Shown: positions 13,831-27,538 of the stretch, in pieces
Position numbering within the stretch: the first letter of the stretch is position 1
Layout: each line of letters opens with the position of its first letter
NCBI RefSeq assembly: GCF_006345805.1
Contig: NC_043010.1
Span: 38,998,001-39,062,000, forward strand
Direction: 5' to 3'
DNA: 64,000 nt
Source: Octopus sinensis
Taxonomy: Eukaryota
The notes under the pieces: model-generated
Databases searched by the model: none
Told to the model about the DNA's origin: nothing
What the model saw: only the letters and a program-made list of their open reading frames with translations
Made by a program: the position numbers and the translations under genes

Positions 13831-13933
13831 ATAGGTTATATATGGATTATATACTTATATTTTTTCATTTATACTTTAATTATTAAAAGTATTATTTTTA
13901 TATTTTAAAATTTTGATTTTTTAGATTGGAAGT

Positions 13934-13976
13934 CCACCTGAAGATTGTCGATCAAGACAAGAAACGATTGTAGTGG
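13934..13976 (+). ncRNA. Minimal type-I hammerhead ribozyme (Penelope-like/retrozyme type)
   Basis: ccac-CTGAAGA-ttgtc/gatcaa/gacaa-GAAA-cgattg-TA-gtgg. Stem I ccac/gtgg, 5-bp stem II, short self-complementary (with G-U) stem III, GUA cleavage triplet. Confidence 0.85.
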
Positions 13977-14304
13977 CGGTTTTTTTGACTATTTATTAAA
14001 TTTTATGTATTGATTAAGTCTTTCCTTGTTTGTTTTGCAAAATAGTGGTTTTGTCTCAAATAATATTTTATATATATATATATATATATATAATTATAAT
14101 TTAGGGTATCTAAGAGAAACCACCACGCTTGAAATAGCCAAAACTTGACTCTAAAACCACATTAAAAGTTCATACAGCACCAGAAAGGAAGACAAAAAGA
14201 CAAAATAAACTAGTAAAAAATTACTGCATAATTCCAGATCCCAGATTTCTGGGTCTGCATAAGAAATGCTTTGCCTCTTCAGTACATAAATACAAATATA
14301 AAGG

Positions 14305-14527
14305 TAAGGTAAAGACCCCCTTCGGTCATGAATGACCATGGGATTGCACCTAGAAAGTTACCCTCCTAGACACAAGTCCGAGCAAGGTTGTTTATGGAAG
14401 ACCAGCAGTCGCTCATGCATACCGGCCTCCCCTCTCCACGCCACCAGTGTTATCCAAGGGAAAGACAAAGGTCGATACAGCTTGGAACCAGTGACGTCGC
14501 AACTCATTTCTACAGCTGAGTGAACTA
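14305..14527 (-). mobile_element. Family B SINE 3' part
   Basis: Reverse complement of 6660-6870 (ggttgtttatggaagaccagcagtc..aactcatttctacagctga). Confidence 0.85.
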
Positions 14528-14574
14528 TATATATATATATAGGCTGAGTGAATATATATATATATATAGGTGAA

Positions 14575-15198
14575 TTCGACTTATTGAGAATATATGTGGA
14601 TGTCCGCTTGCTTTACATGGTACAATCATGGTTGTTATAATTATTATTATTATTAATATTAATATTAATTTTATTGACTTTTTGTGTGGTTATACGGACT
14701 ATTAAATATATATGCCTGCTTTAAATTTAAATGTGAGTGTACATGTATTTCCTTGATGTTGGTTATAGAACTATGAGTTCAATATGGAACATTATTGTGT
14801 TTGTTAATGTATATTGATATATATTGTTTATATTGTATTATTGTGTATATATATATGTGTAGAATTATGAGTGTCTATGCACACATTTTTATATTTATAT
14901 GTAAATTTTTTTCATACTTACATTAAATTCTCTGAAGAGGCCGTGAGACATTCTTGTTAATGTCTCATTTATACCTGCTTTATATGGCTAATAGGTTAAA
15001 TGGGACATACCTGTGTTCACGGCCGAAACAGCTGTCAGCTACAATGTAAATGTATTTTCTATTTCTATGTCTTGTTATATTTGTAATATATTATGTATAA
15101 TGTCATTACTGTTGTGTAATGGTTTAATAAAGTATTGATTGGGTATTATCTGATGGTTGATGATTGATTTAGGTATGTTTCTCCATTTTCTCATATTG

Positions 15199-15200
<2 letters not shown>
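14575..15200 (+). mobile_element. Penelope-like pLTR / non-autonomous element
   Basis: T/G-rich leader, hammerhead core at 14930-15038, downstream AATAAA (~15126); no ORF; boundaries uncertain. Confidence 0.6.
14930..15038 (+). ncRNA. Type-I hammerhead ribozyme with extended stem II
   Basis: ct-CTGAAGA-ggccgtga...tcacggcc (8 bp perfect)-GAAA-cagctg-TC-ag; palindromic stem III acagctgt; GUC triplet; stem I only 2 bp; internal gagacatt/aatgtctc hairpin. Confidence 0.8.
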
Positions 15201-15235
<35 letters not shown>

Positions 15236-15693
15236 TTGTTTGAAAGACCTCAGCATCTATCCACTGGTAGATCTGATGGTGTTTATTGTCTGTTGTTGCA
15301 GAATTTAAGCAACTCTTTGATTCCCTAATATGTAACGGTCACTACAGATGTGTGTAGAAAGGGATCCTTAGTCGTAGTGAAGGCAATCTATCTAGGGAGA
15401 TAACCTTATAATAAATCACTCGGTCCGTAGCTTAGAAATACTGGGTTGACGTCCAGCGGGAACAGCTTTGTTTCATGGAGGTGGAAAGATCTTCTTTAGT
15501 ACTTGGTTGTACAATGCTTTCCAATGTGTGCAGTAGTGGCGCGCACACACATTATTAGCCATTTGAAAAGACTATGAGTCTCGACCATGGTCGAAAATGA
15601 TGATGATGCTAGTAGAAAAGGGTTGTCAGTGGATATAAAAAAAGCAAGATTAAAATAAAAAAAAGTGAAATAATCCAAGAGCTGAAAAGAAAT

Positions 15694-15846
15694 CTATCTA
15701 CCTATGCACAACCATGTGTAGATGAAAACGGCACCCTGTTTGTAAACCTTGATTATAACAGGTACATGGGCAGCGTAGATCAGCTGAATCAAATAATAAG
15801 CTATTATCCAGTTGGTACACTGGGTAATAAATGATGGTGATACCTG
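15694..15846 (+). mobile_element. piggyBac-like (PGBD) transposase remnant
   Basis: LSTYAQPCVDENGTLFVNLDYNRYMGSVDQLNQIISYYPVGTLGNK*W*YL resembles the DYN.YMGGVD..DQ..SYY...KWW motif. Confidence 0.8.
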
Positions 15847-17946
15847 GATGTCCTTCCTAACACCAACCACTCCAAGTGTGTAGCCAACCATTCCAAGAGT
15901 GTTCATATTATATAGCAAATCAGGAGGGGCTTGAAAGCAGTGTGACCATCTGCAGTTCCAAGCAACTGTAGCAATATGTAGAATGGGATGTTTTACAAGT
16001 TTCTATGACAGAAATATTGTGTGAATATTATTATTATATACCGAATATTACCGTTGATTGTTGAAGTATAAAGACGTGTTTTCACTCCTCTCCACGCTGG
16101 TAAGCAGCAAGCTTCACAGCTACAAACGAAATTGACCGTTACTTATATTCCTATTCATTCGAAACCACGCATTTCCCGACTCGTGAGTAGACTTTTCTTT
16201 AACTACAAATTATTTTCAGAAATTTAAGCAAAACTACACACTCTTATGAGAGAGTATTTATTTATATATACACCCCGTCAACACCTTCTGTTAACTAAAG
16301 GATCACCCACACAATAAAAAATAGAAGAAAAAAGAGAAGAAAAGAAAGATAAATTTACTGCAAGCTCATAATTCAAATACAATCACATATTTCTAAGTAT
16401 TCCAGCCAATATTCTGTACAATCTATTCTATTCTACATACTTCTCCCTAAACAAAGAATAATTTTTTTTTTAAATGTATGATTACATTTTATAAATATTT
16501 TTCAAATTTACTTTGTTTCTACTTTTTATTTGCCTGTAAATTGCAATTTACCTGTAAGGTGACAAGTTTTGATTTAACTTCTATTGTAAATCTTTATTAT
16601 ATACATTTTTAAGTATTCATGTATGTGTGCAAGTTTTATAAAAATACAACAGGATTTTTTCAAGCATCGAATGGTTAAGAGGGCCTATCTGAGTAAAATA
16701 GGAAACAAGAGGGTCCACAAGTAAAAAATGGTCGAGAACACCTATTCTAGATGGTTCTTTTGCCAACAACAACCCATGCTGCTGACACATGTTTAGAGTA
16801 CTGCCAGAATTGAAAAACAGTCAGCTACTGTCCAGCAATGATGCCTCCAAAGAAATCCATGTTAAAATCACGGTATAGCAACAGCTTGTTCATGTGAGAG
16901 GCCAAGTAACGGACCAATCACGTAACAGATGGATCTGTTACGTGAAATACAAATATATATATATATATATATATATATGAATACTTACATATACGAACGT
17001 ATACATACATAAACACGCACATAAGCACCCGACCAGTTTAAATTGCCTGCCTAAACTCTTCGTGCGATATGGTCGAATATATCACCGTAGTGAATATAAT
17101 GACGAAATAAATATATAAATTTATATAAATAAATATTTATATAAATTTAGATATATATTTGTAGGTTAGCAGGAGTTTAGCTCGTACTGCGAAAAGGTCA
17201 TTGAAATTGTCATGCATTTTGATTTTAGTAGCTAGGTATAACATAGTAGTAATTTACTTTCATATTCAAAATTTAATGTTTTGAAATAAGCAAAACAACT
17301 ACATGCCTGACAGTTCATATTGTATGTGATTCTCCATGTAATTCATTTGGACCCTAAATTACGTACTTTCTCATCGGCTAAATATATTATTCTCTATTAA
17401 CTAGGACAAGTGCATTCCTTATATCAATTTTATGCTTCATAATCCCTAGCGTTTTCTACAGGCAATCGCCGCTCCCCAACTTCATGAATAAGACCCACGT
17501 CATATTTAGAACTAGAAATTATTTCAACGTCCAACAACTAGCATTTTCCAAAGCTTCAGAGCTATTTTGGTACACACTTCTCCCATGTTTGCCACGCATA
17601 GAGAATCATATCCAAAAGAGCTACCCGTCTCATTTGCCTGAAAGCACCGACTTTCATTCTTCGAAGTGTCACCAGCAAACTTTCTTGAGACCGCCTTTTC
17701 TTCCAATATACAGTTGCGTAAGTCACTCCGATTTAGCTGGCTTCGTGTCCCCAAAATTAGGACATTAAAATATCAGTCGTCTCCCAACAATTATTTATAT
17801 ACATTTTGCTCTTTCGCCAGACCCCACAGTAACAAATTTTCTTGCATATCGGCCTTAAACGATCAATTTCCAGGAAACTAAACGTTATCCTTAAAAATCT
17901 TACAACCTTAATCTAGCAGCTGTTTATGAGTAACATTAAGAACATC

Positions 17947-18200
17947 GATCGGTGGGTGCCGCGGCGTGCATGGAAGCCGCGGGTGCGAGCCGGGTGAAGC
18001 CGACCGCCGGTGCAGATCTCGGTGGTAGTAGCAAATATTCGAACGAGACCTTCGAAGACCGAAGTGGAGAAGGGTTCCGTGCCAACGGCGGTCGAGCACG
18101 GGTCAGTCGGTGCTAAGAAACAACAGATGAAAGCTTCCACGAAAGGCGCCGGATCTGTCGATCGAACGAAAACAAAGTTCTGTGAAACCGGGCCGTGCAA
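17947..18200 (+). pseudogene. 28S rRNA fragment (D7/D7a region), dispersed copy
   Basis: ggtgcagatctcggtggtagtagcaaatattcgaacgagaccttcgaagaccgaagtggagaagggttccgtg..cacgggtcagtcgg matches the conserved LSU core; no other rDNA nearby. Confidence 0.9.
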
Positions 18201-19034
18201 ACTGTACCCCCAAATCAAAGCATTTAGAAAAGCAGTCACCTGTAATATGTAGTGTTCGAACTACTGTCAACAGATTTGATTCTCATCATATTTCCATCCT
18301 GTTTTTAGTGAACCGAAATGAATAAAAAATGTCACAAGTTCCTATACATTTCGACATATACACTTTGAAGGTTTCCATAATTCATATTCCAAACATTGTG
18401 AAGCAACATGTAGGACGCACCAGGCATACATCACACGTTCTCAAACGCATTTCTGTTTCCAAAGAAAACAAGAGCAGTCACTCAAACAAAAAGGAAATTA
18501 CGTAGTTATAGAATCCATGTTAAAAGGAGTCATTGGATTGAGAAAGAAAGGACTTGGGCGATATAATTATTCTTCCCTTATATTTATTGAATTGAGACCA
18601 AATTAAAGGGAGTAACTGAAACCACTTTGACATTCTTGACATTTTTCTTTGGATATTAATTTATCATCCTATACATACATCTATATATGTGGTTATATAT
18701 GTGTGTGTGTGTATGTGTGTGTGTGTGTATATATCTATATGCATGCATATATACATATATATACATATATGCACACATATATATATATACAAAAATATAC
18801 ACACAATTTCTCTATCCATCTTTGTATTTCTCTCTTCTCTCCTTATGTGGGTGTTTGCATATATGCAAGCATATATACATACATGTCTGGAAGGATGTGC
18901 ATTCCCAAACACATGTGTAGACACTTGCGCATGAAAATCTACGTATGTATGTATCTATCTATCATTCACTGACGGTATATACATATATATATATCATATA
19001 TATATATATATATGTATATTTGTGTGTGTAAGTA

Positions 19035-19069
<35 letters not shown>

Positions 19070-20194
19070 CCGATACATACGCACGCATGCCCACACACCG
19101 GCCTTAATTTATAAAGCTACATTAATATTATTGCCAATTCTTTTACACCTATAGGCTTATTCTTTTTTACATCTTTAGGCATATATGAATAACTATTACC
19201 TTTCTTTATTCGTTTCCTGTGAAACATAGATAAGAGGAGCTTTTTTGTTACAATTTCGAATTCTTTAGGTGAAGGGTTGGGTGAGTTGATTAATTATGCT
19301 GAGCGAAAGAAGAAAACGTCAGGAAAAATCGATAAAACCCATAAAATATGAAGACGAAATTTCAGATAAATACCTTTGGAGGTTGTCTTCTGAAAGTGAC
19401 AGGAATAATGGTAAATCATTATAACGTCCATTTTCGAAATGTCGTGGTAACCGAAAATATCAAAAATATAAGGTCTCTTTTATGTCTATATTTCCGATAA
19501 TTTGACTAACTCACCACGAATTGTGTGAAATATTTCGAGTATTGGTTTGAAGTTTCATACCGAGCATGATCAAGCAGATGTATAATTAAAGTTAATCCAA
19601 TGGAGACCTGCCAGTATAATGTTATGCCTTAGTCTATAACACAGTCAAATATATAATTTTGATTTTGAGACTGTAGGGAATTGTAATTTGAGGGAAATTG
19701 GAAATCATTATTAGCAAAGCCTGGGGAATTGATACAATTTAGTGGAATACGCTTTCATTTCCTATAAAGCCTAAAGTCTGATATATATATATAAATAGTT
19801 ATTAATAAGAGATTGTCAATTTGCGAAAAATACTTCACAAGCTCTCTGTTAATAGAAATACACCAGACTAACAAAATCTTCTCAGGTTGGTATAGTGGTC
19901 CAGGTAATCATAAGGTAAAATCAAACGATTTTCTTAATCCATTAAATCCAGGGTTACATTCTCTAGTTATAATAATCTTGTACACAGAGAGATATACTAG
20001 AAAAGGCATGAATAATGGTCTTTACAGATTTCTTTACTTGTGCATCTTTGTACACAGAGAAATATGCAAAGCCCATTATTTATGCTTTTTATTTTACATA
20101 CATAAATATGACCTAGTGGTGAGGGTGTTGCATATATATATACTGTATATATATATATATATATATATACATTCTTTTACTCATTTACTTTTTA

Positions 20195-20400
20195 AATTGT
20201 TTCAGTCATTTGACTGTGGCCATACTGGAGCACCACCTTTTAGTCGAGGATATCGACTACAACACATATTCGTTGTAAGCTTGATACTTATTCTATCGGT
20301 GGCTTTTGCCAATCGGGGATATAAACACACCAACATCAGTTGTCATGGGCACAAAACGAAATTGTTATCAGTTCGTGCTACAACACGAAACAGCATTTTT
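20195..20400 (-). mobile_element. Family A SINE 3' half, degenerate
   Basis: gtttcagtcatttgactgtggccatactggagcaccaccttttagtcgag..tacttattctatcgg. Confidence 0.8.
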
Positions 20401-20677
20401 GTCTAACACAAATCCAGCCTTATTATTCTGCATTACGCTTATTCGGCTTGAAGATAAATTTTACGATAGACATGATCATACAATAATCAACTCGTCTTTC
20501 AAGAGTCTGTCTAGGCGTTGCGTAGATGATCAAATGGATGTCGGGGGTCAATAACATTTACATTGTAATACAATTGATAACAGGTTCGCTTGAAATGAGA
20601 ACCATCCGTTTATATTTTAAAAGTAATGTTGAGTGACTGCGCAAATGCGAATCCCATTATTTGAGCTAAATTTCTAG

Positions 20678-20770
20678 CCGGCAAGCTGGGCAGAATCGGT
20701 GGCACCCCGGGAAAAATTTTTGGCGGCACTTCGTTCGTTTTTATACTCTGAGTTCAAATTCCGCCGAGCC
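20678..20770 (+). mobile_element. Family C SINE head fragment
   Basis: gcaagctgggcagaatcggtggcac..ctgagttcaaattccgccgag. Confidence 0.7.
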
Positions 20771-21093
20771 CCCCCCCCCCCCACACGAAAGAGTGCGTGA
20801 ACCCACGAATACTAGCACACATGAAAATCTACAGATGTACAGAACAATCATATAAAAGCAGACTGGCATAGACGAACACAGATGGATATCCACCCATACA
20901 CAAAAATAAAACACACACACACACACACACACGAATATAGACACGCGTACAAACAATCGCATATGCACGCGCGCGCACAGAGACACCGACGCACCCACGC
21001 GCGCGCACGTGCATACACACGAACACACATTGGATAATTAGACAATAGTAGGAAGGTCCTGTTGAAAGTTTTGGTCGAGTAATATTAAGGAAG

Positions 21094-21400
21094 TGGAGGC
21101 GCAATGGCCCAGTGGTTAGGGCAGCGGACTCACTCTCGGAGGAATGCGGTTTCGATTCCCAGACCGGGCGTTGCATGTGTTTATTGAGCGAAAACACCTA
21201 AAAGCTCCACGAGGCTCCGGCAAGGGGTGGTGGAGACCCCTGTTGTAAACTTTCACCACAACTTCCTCTCTTTCTCTCTTCCTGTTGATTGAGTAACGCT
21301 GCGATGGACTGGCGTCCCGTCCAGCTGGGTGGGGGGTGGATATATACACCACAGAAACCGGGAAACGGGCCCCATGAGCCTGGCTAGGCTTGAAAAGGGT
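21094..21400 (+). mobile_element. tRNA-derived SINE with V-domain-like core (family D)
   Basis: A-box tggcccagtggttagg, B-box-like gtttcgattccc, core gctgcgatggactggcgtcccgtccag, cacagaaaccggg; reverse partial copy at 48835-49012. Confidence 0.8.
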
Positions 21401-23058
21401 GACAGAGGAAAGACAGAGGAATATTAATGAAACTATCGTCAGTGTTGCTGTATTTGTAGTTATCATTGCAGTTACAGTCGTTATTCATAATATTGCTGTT
21501 GTTGTTATTTGTATTGAATTTTCTGTTGCTAATGTTGCTGATGCCAATTAGTAATTATAGGAATAAAACAAAAATAAATAGAAAAGAAAGCAGTCACATA
21601 ATAGCAACAATTCAAATATAATGTAAAGAAAATATCACTGCCAGAACATTCACCACAGCTTGCCACCCCTTCTTAATGTTTCTCTTTGTCTTCATCCTTC
21701 CATTAATTTTGTAAATGGGTTCCACCAAGGCCTATGGAATATTTAATGCCAACAGGGAAATTAAAATAGAATAATTGCTGAGTAATTCTTCTTGTGGATT
21801 GATGATGATGTGTGTATGTATGCATAATGGTGTGTTTGGTACTTTGTTTTCAGATTCTCATTCTTGTCATGTTAAAAAAAATTTGAAACAAAAAAGAAGC
21901 AGAAAAGAAACAGCATTTCTCTTTTCTATAGACTTATGAGTAGATGAGAGAATCGGTAGATCGTTATAAAAATTTGCTTTTAGGGCCCTTGATTTTCGGA
22001 GTTGAAATACCACCCAGATATGTGTTTTCTTCCCCATAACAGAGTGGTGCAGTAAATATTTTTGACTACCTACCTACCTACCTACCTATCTACCCGTATT
22101 CCGGTTCTTTGCATCCTGACTTCTAATATCACCATAATGTACATGGGAGGTAGACTTAATCCGCTGTCATATTTTACGCTATCACCAGACACTTTGAGGG
22201 ATTTAAGGGAATTACCTAAGTTAAAAGCAATTGGGCCAGTTTTCCCTTTTGAGGATAGTTACTTCTTTGCTCCCCTCCCTTTGCGCTCAATAGGTCAGGG
22301 ATAATGGCTCTCCATTGACCAAAAGGTAAAATTATTCAAACTCAACCAAAACAAATATCTTTATTGGATGCAATCAACGAATTTACAACAGACAATGTAA
22401 AGCTAACAAAAATTATTTTTCGTTTCTTGTTTGTCTATTTATGCTTTGTTTTTGTTCGCATTATATATTTTTTGTAGCTATGAGGGAAAAAGAATGATGT
22501 TGTTTTTTGCGTATTTCAAAGGTTGGTGTTTATTCAATAATTTTCTAATTGGAAATTTGCATTGTCGAGATCTGTTCGTGCTGTGGCACACTGCAGTGTA
22601 AGAATCGCCTATAATCTTATGAGGTGATATTTAAATATGACTCTAGGTTCAATGACTGAAAGAAGAGAAGAAACAGTAGAGCATAGAAAACTATTTTGGA
22701 CGCTACGAAAAGTAAATGCTTTATAGAATCTTTAGAAAATAAAATCATTTTCGAAATTGGAGCGATATTTCTCCGAAAGGATGGATGAAAAATTTAGTAG
22801 AAGGAACGTTGGAGTATACAGAACGAAAAAAGATTGCCAAGTCAAGAAAAAGGGCCAAAGTTAAAACGGAAGTGATGAAGATATATCAGATGTGCGTGAC
22901 ATGTAGTGGCGGTTAGATAGTGATGATAAAACTGAAGGGTCTATACCATTTAGAAAAAGGCCTAACTCTTCTACTCTCTCCCTCTCTCTCTATCTCTGTC
23001 CTCTTACTCTCACTCTATGCATATATACGTACAACCACGCGCATATATATATGTATAT

Positions 23059-23105
<47 letters not shown>

Positions 23106-24147
23106 TATATATGTACGTATATATGTATATATATATATATATATGTATGTATATATACAATTGTACCTACACACATACAGTTATATGAAAAGGGAGAGAT
23201 AAAATAGAAAGATAGAGACAGATAGATAGTTACAAGCATTGATGATAGATAGGCTGAGAAAGAGGTACAAATTTTCTTCGACAACACCAACATGGCGTGT
23301 GTAACGAAACAAATCAAAATATAAAAAGAAATTAAATTTTACAAGTTGTCAAGAAATCGATGAACAGCAAAAGAAATACTAAACAAAAACATGCAAACGT
23401 AAAATGAATAAATAAATTCCTCAGAGCCAATTTGCATGTTATATTATTACTTTTGGGGGATTCCACTAATTATTTTGATATTGTTCCCTAATTAAGTAAA
23501 ACTTTTTACGAAACAAGTTGAAAAATATAAATGGGAATAAGCAGAAAAAATAATTCCAAACAAACACGAAATTCCCACAAAATACACAAATAAATGTTAA
23601 ACAATAATGCAAAGTAGTCGAATTTATTTGTTTATTTGTTTAATTATCTAGTTTATTAATTTCTTTGTGCGCACCAAGTGGTTGCTAAAGGGTTCTGAAA
23701 ATTTTCTTGAAATACATTTGTTTTAGCTGACAAAATCAAGAAACCATTGAACAAAGATAAGAAGAGATTCTTAATGATTTCAATTTCACTTGTGGTTGGT
23801 TCATTATTTATTTATTTATTCATTTATTTATTTATTTAAGCACTAAGAAATTCGCTTTGTATTTAAGAGGAATACCTCACATCTTCGTAGTTCCAGTTTC
23901 AGTTCTACAGTATACCACATTAGTCAGATGTCATCCTTTGTGGACCAAGTATGACCAACGCTTTTGAAGTAGAATCTCAAAAGCATAAACAGTGGAAGCA
24001 CATATATATTACGCACGCGTGCGCGTGTATTAAAGTCTATACATACATATATACATACATATATACATACATATATACATATATACATACATATGTATGA
24101 ATCTGTTTATCTACCTGTCATATATATATATATATGTACTCTTTTCT

Positions 24148-24590
24148 TTTACTCTTTTACTTGTTTCAATCATTTGACTGCGGCGATGCTGGAGCACCAC
24201 CTTTCGTCGAGCAAATCAACCCCAGGACTTATTCTTTGTAAGCCTAGTACTTATTCTATCGGTCTCTTTTGCCGAACTGCTAAGTTACGGAGACGTAACC
24301 TCACCAGCACCGGTTGTCAAGCGATGTTGGGGTGACAAAAACAGACACACAAACATATACACACATATACATATGTATATATACATATGTACATATACAT
24401 ATGTATATATACATGTATATATACATATATAAGACGAGTTTCTTTCAGTTTCTTTCTACAAAATCCAGGCAGAAGGCTTTGGTCGGCTCGAGGCTATAGT
24501 AGAAGATATTTCCCCAAATTGCCACGCAGTGGACTGAACCCGGAACCATGTGGTTGGTAAGCAAGCTACTTACTACACAGCCACTCACAC
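24148..24590 (-). mobile_element. Full-length family A SINE with internal (TA/CA) microsatellite
   Basis: Both halves colinear with the reverse complement of 52816-53230. Confidence 0.9.
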
Positions 24591-25666
24591 TTATATATAC
24601 GCAGCCACACACGCACACACACACACATATATATATACGATTATTTTCAGCAATTCCATGTGCGTGTGTATATGTGTTGTGTGTGAGTATGTGTGTCTGT
24701 GTATGTCGGTGTATGAGTGTGATTTGGTTAGAGCTGCGCGTAATATGTGCATCTTATTTCGTCTGTTTTTCTCAGAAGTCGATAAGGATCCTGATTAAAG
24801 TTAGTGGGTATTAGAATGAGATGGTCTTTCATGGTTGAACCGGTCACTGAAAGCAGTAAACTATTAAATGAACTTTGTTAATATAAAACAAAGAAGCAAA
24901 ACAAGGTTAGTAACACAGGAAAGCAATCGTTTGGTACAAAAAATGTATATATATTAAGCAATTTATTTAATAGAATATGTATATATTGGAAATTTAGTTC
25001 ATTGTAGGTGGAGAGGGTGAAACCAAAATTTGTTGCATAGTAGGATGAATGTACCACGTCACCAGAATCCATTCATCACAGCCTGTCAGAATAGTGACGA
25101 ACAACTTCGTGTGTCTGTTACACCATATGAGAATGAGTCATGGTTTTTTTCTTATCACTATACATTGTTTGTATCACTCATGTGATATATAGCATTACAT
25201 CATCCAATAGAGAAAATAAAGCAATTCCTTTTATATGTAACTATTTATTTATTGAATATGTAAATAATTATTGTTCAATCTCTATCAAACACGATATGTT
25301 GAATTCTGCTAAATAATCGTATTCAGGGTTGTATTTAAGAAAAAGCTTTCCCTCACTGTCTTCATCTTTATCAATGTTCAATAACCATACAAGTAAAAGC
25401 CTATGTAATGTTAAGTATTCTATATGTTAACAGTTGTTTCCATCAAATAAGATGAATGCTTCTATGTATGTATGTCATTATTCAGTTTATTTCAAGATTT
25501 CTTGGCAATAGAGAAAGAATCGGTTTCTAATCTACATCCAAGCTTCCTTCATTGGAATTTCAACATCAGGAACAGGGTATTTTTGTTTGTATGTATGTAT
25601 ATATGCATGTATGTATATCTATCTATGTATCTCTGTATGTGTGTATGTATCTATCTATCCATCTAG

Positions 25667-25730
<64 letters not shown>

Positions 25731-27300
25731 TACATTTAAAAGCAGGATAATTTTCGAAAAGAAAAAGTGAAAAGGCCGGCATATTCATTCACTGCTGACA
25801 GGGAGCTGCGCTTGCGCGGTAGATTTGAAAAATTAGAATGTATAAGCACGGGACATATACTGGATTGCTTCGTGTATATATATTTAATCTAAGGTCTGCC
25901 TGCTGAAGAAGGCTTTTATTTTTCATTCCCTTCGATATTTTATCTCTTAATAGTGGTTCGGAATTTAACTGTCCTCTCTAGCGTGCAGGTAGTTTTATGA
26001 TGGCTAGCTCTTATGTGTTTTAATATACACTGAATTTATATGAATAATATATAGTTTATTGACTAGATTTTATACGCTAGACCACTGGTAATGGAAATTT
26101 CTGATATTTCAGATTACCCTTTGATATTATTAATTATATATATATATTCTATCGGCTAACGTATGTAAAGTACCTTATACAATATTTTTAATAAAATGCA
26201 TTGTTTATCCTGCTTTTAGTATTATTTTATTTGTTGTTGACTGGAAATAATTGCTACTGCTTCAACAATATGCGCTTTAGCGATATCTCATAAAACAGGC
26301 TCGGCGAGTTTTTAAAATAAATCGATTAAGAATAAGTTTAGGACAGCGTAAATGATTGAAAATAATATTCTAACAATTCTGTCTCATTGCAAACCCAACT
26401 TTTATTTCTCATGCATTTGTTTTCAAGAACATGTTTGATGAAGCTGATTTCTGATGTTGACGACCCCGGTGAGGATTGAACTCGGAAATATATGTTTTTA
26501 AATACTGCAAAGATCGATTCTGACACTCTTCCTTTAAAACTTCATTTTGTATGATTTCGTGCATAGTGGAGTTGGAAAGCTTAATCAAATAAAAAAAGTA
26601 CGACTGGTTAGTTCTTTTCTCTAAAACTAGAAATCAATGATTTTACAAGTTACAAGTATAATGTGTAAAGCAAAAATCTGATGAGATAATAGTACACTTA
26701 ACACGGCCTACTAACATTTGTAACACATCACATTGCAATCACTGTCTAATATTATTAAAAAATATAAGCACATACGAAAGTGTCATAAATAGCCCAGACA
26801 TCGACCTAGTTTATAATGGTAGGTTGGAAATGCAAATATATACTATAGGAAATGGATATATTTGCCCTCTAGTCTGAACTAATATAAACCAAATAAATGC
26901 TTTGAAGGAGTAAATATATTGCCTGTAGAAAACAGAATTATACATATATGATTGATAATTACATTGAAAAATAATGTTGCCGCAATAAGAATACAAAGAA
27001 AGGGAGTAAAAAGCGAAAGAAAGGAAAAATACGGAGAAGCACAAAAGAGAAAGTAATATGGGAATGGACAAAGAACATCTGGGATTATGGCTGCATATTT
27101 AAACAAACACGAACAACTTTATGCAAATAGATCTAAATTTGCGTTCGTATTTATCGGTTGAACACAAGAAAAGAGCAAAGCTCAGAATGTTTGAATGTTC
27201 ATTCCCACATTCACATATGCTAAAACATTTATGTTTAGAAATATTATTCGCTACACCGCCACTTAAAGAGGCGAGGACGCAAAATCGTTAGATAATTAGA

Positions 27301-27354
<54 letters not shown>

Positions 27355-27491
27355 TCTGAGTTCAAATCGCTCCGAGCTCAAACTTTGTCGTTCATCCTTT
27401 TCGCGTCAATTAAATAAATTAGTTGTCATACTCGAGTTGACGAAATTCCGGAATTGGGTCTTAGTCAGACACTGACATACTCATATCCGTC

Positions 27492-27538
<47 letters not shown>

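Noticed and set aside
16535-16560. cttacag|gtaaat recursive splice-site-like motif (minus)
   Set aside because: Expected by chance in 64 kb; cannot be supported without RNA data
19813-20406. Longest ORF (197 aa)
   Set aside because: Runs through an (AT)n tract and an antisense SINE; no splice or domain evidence
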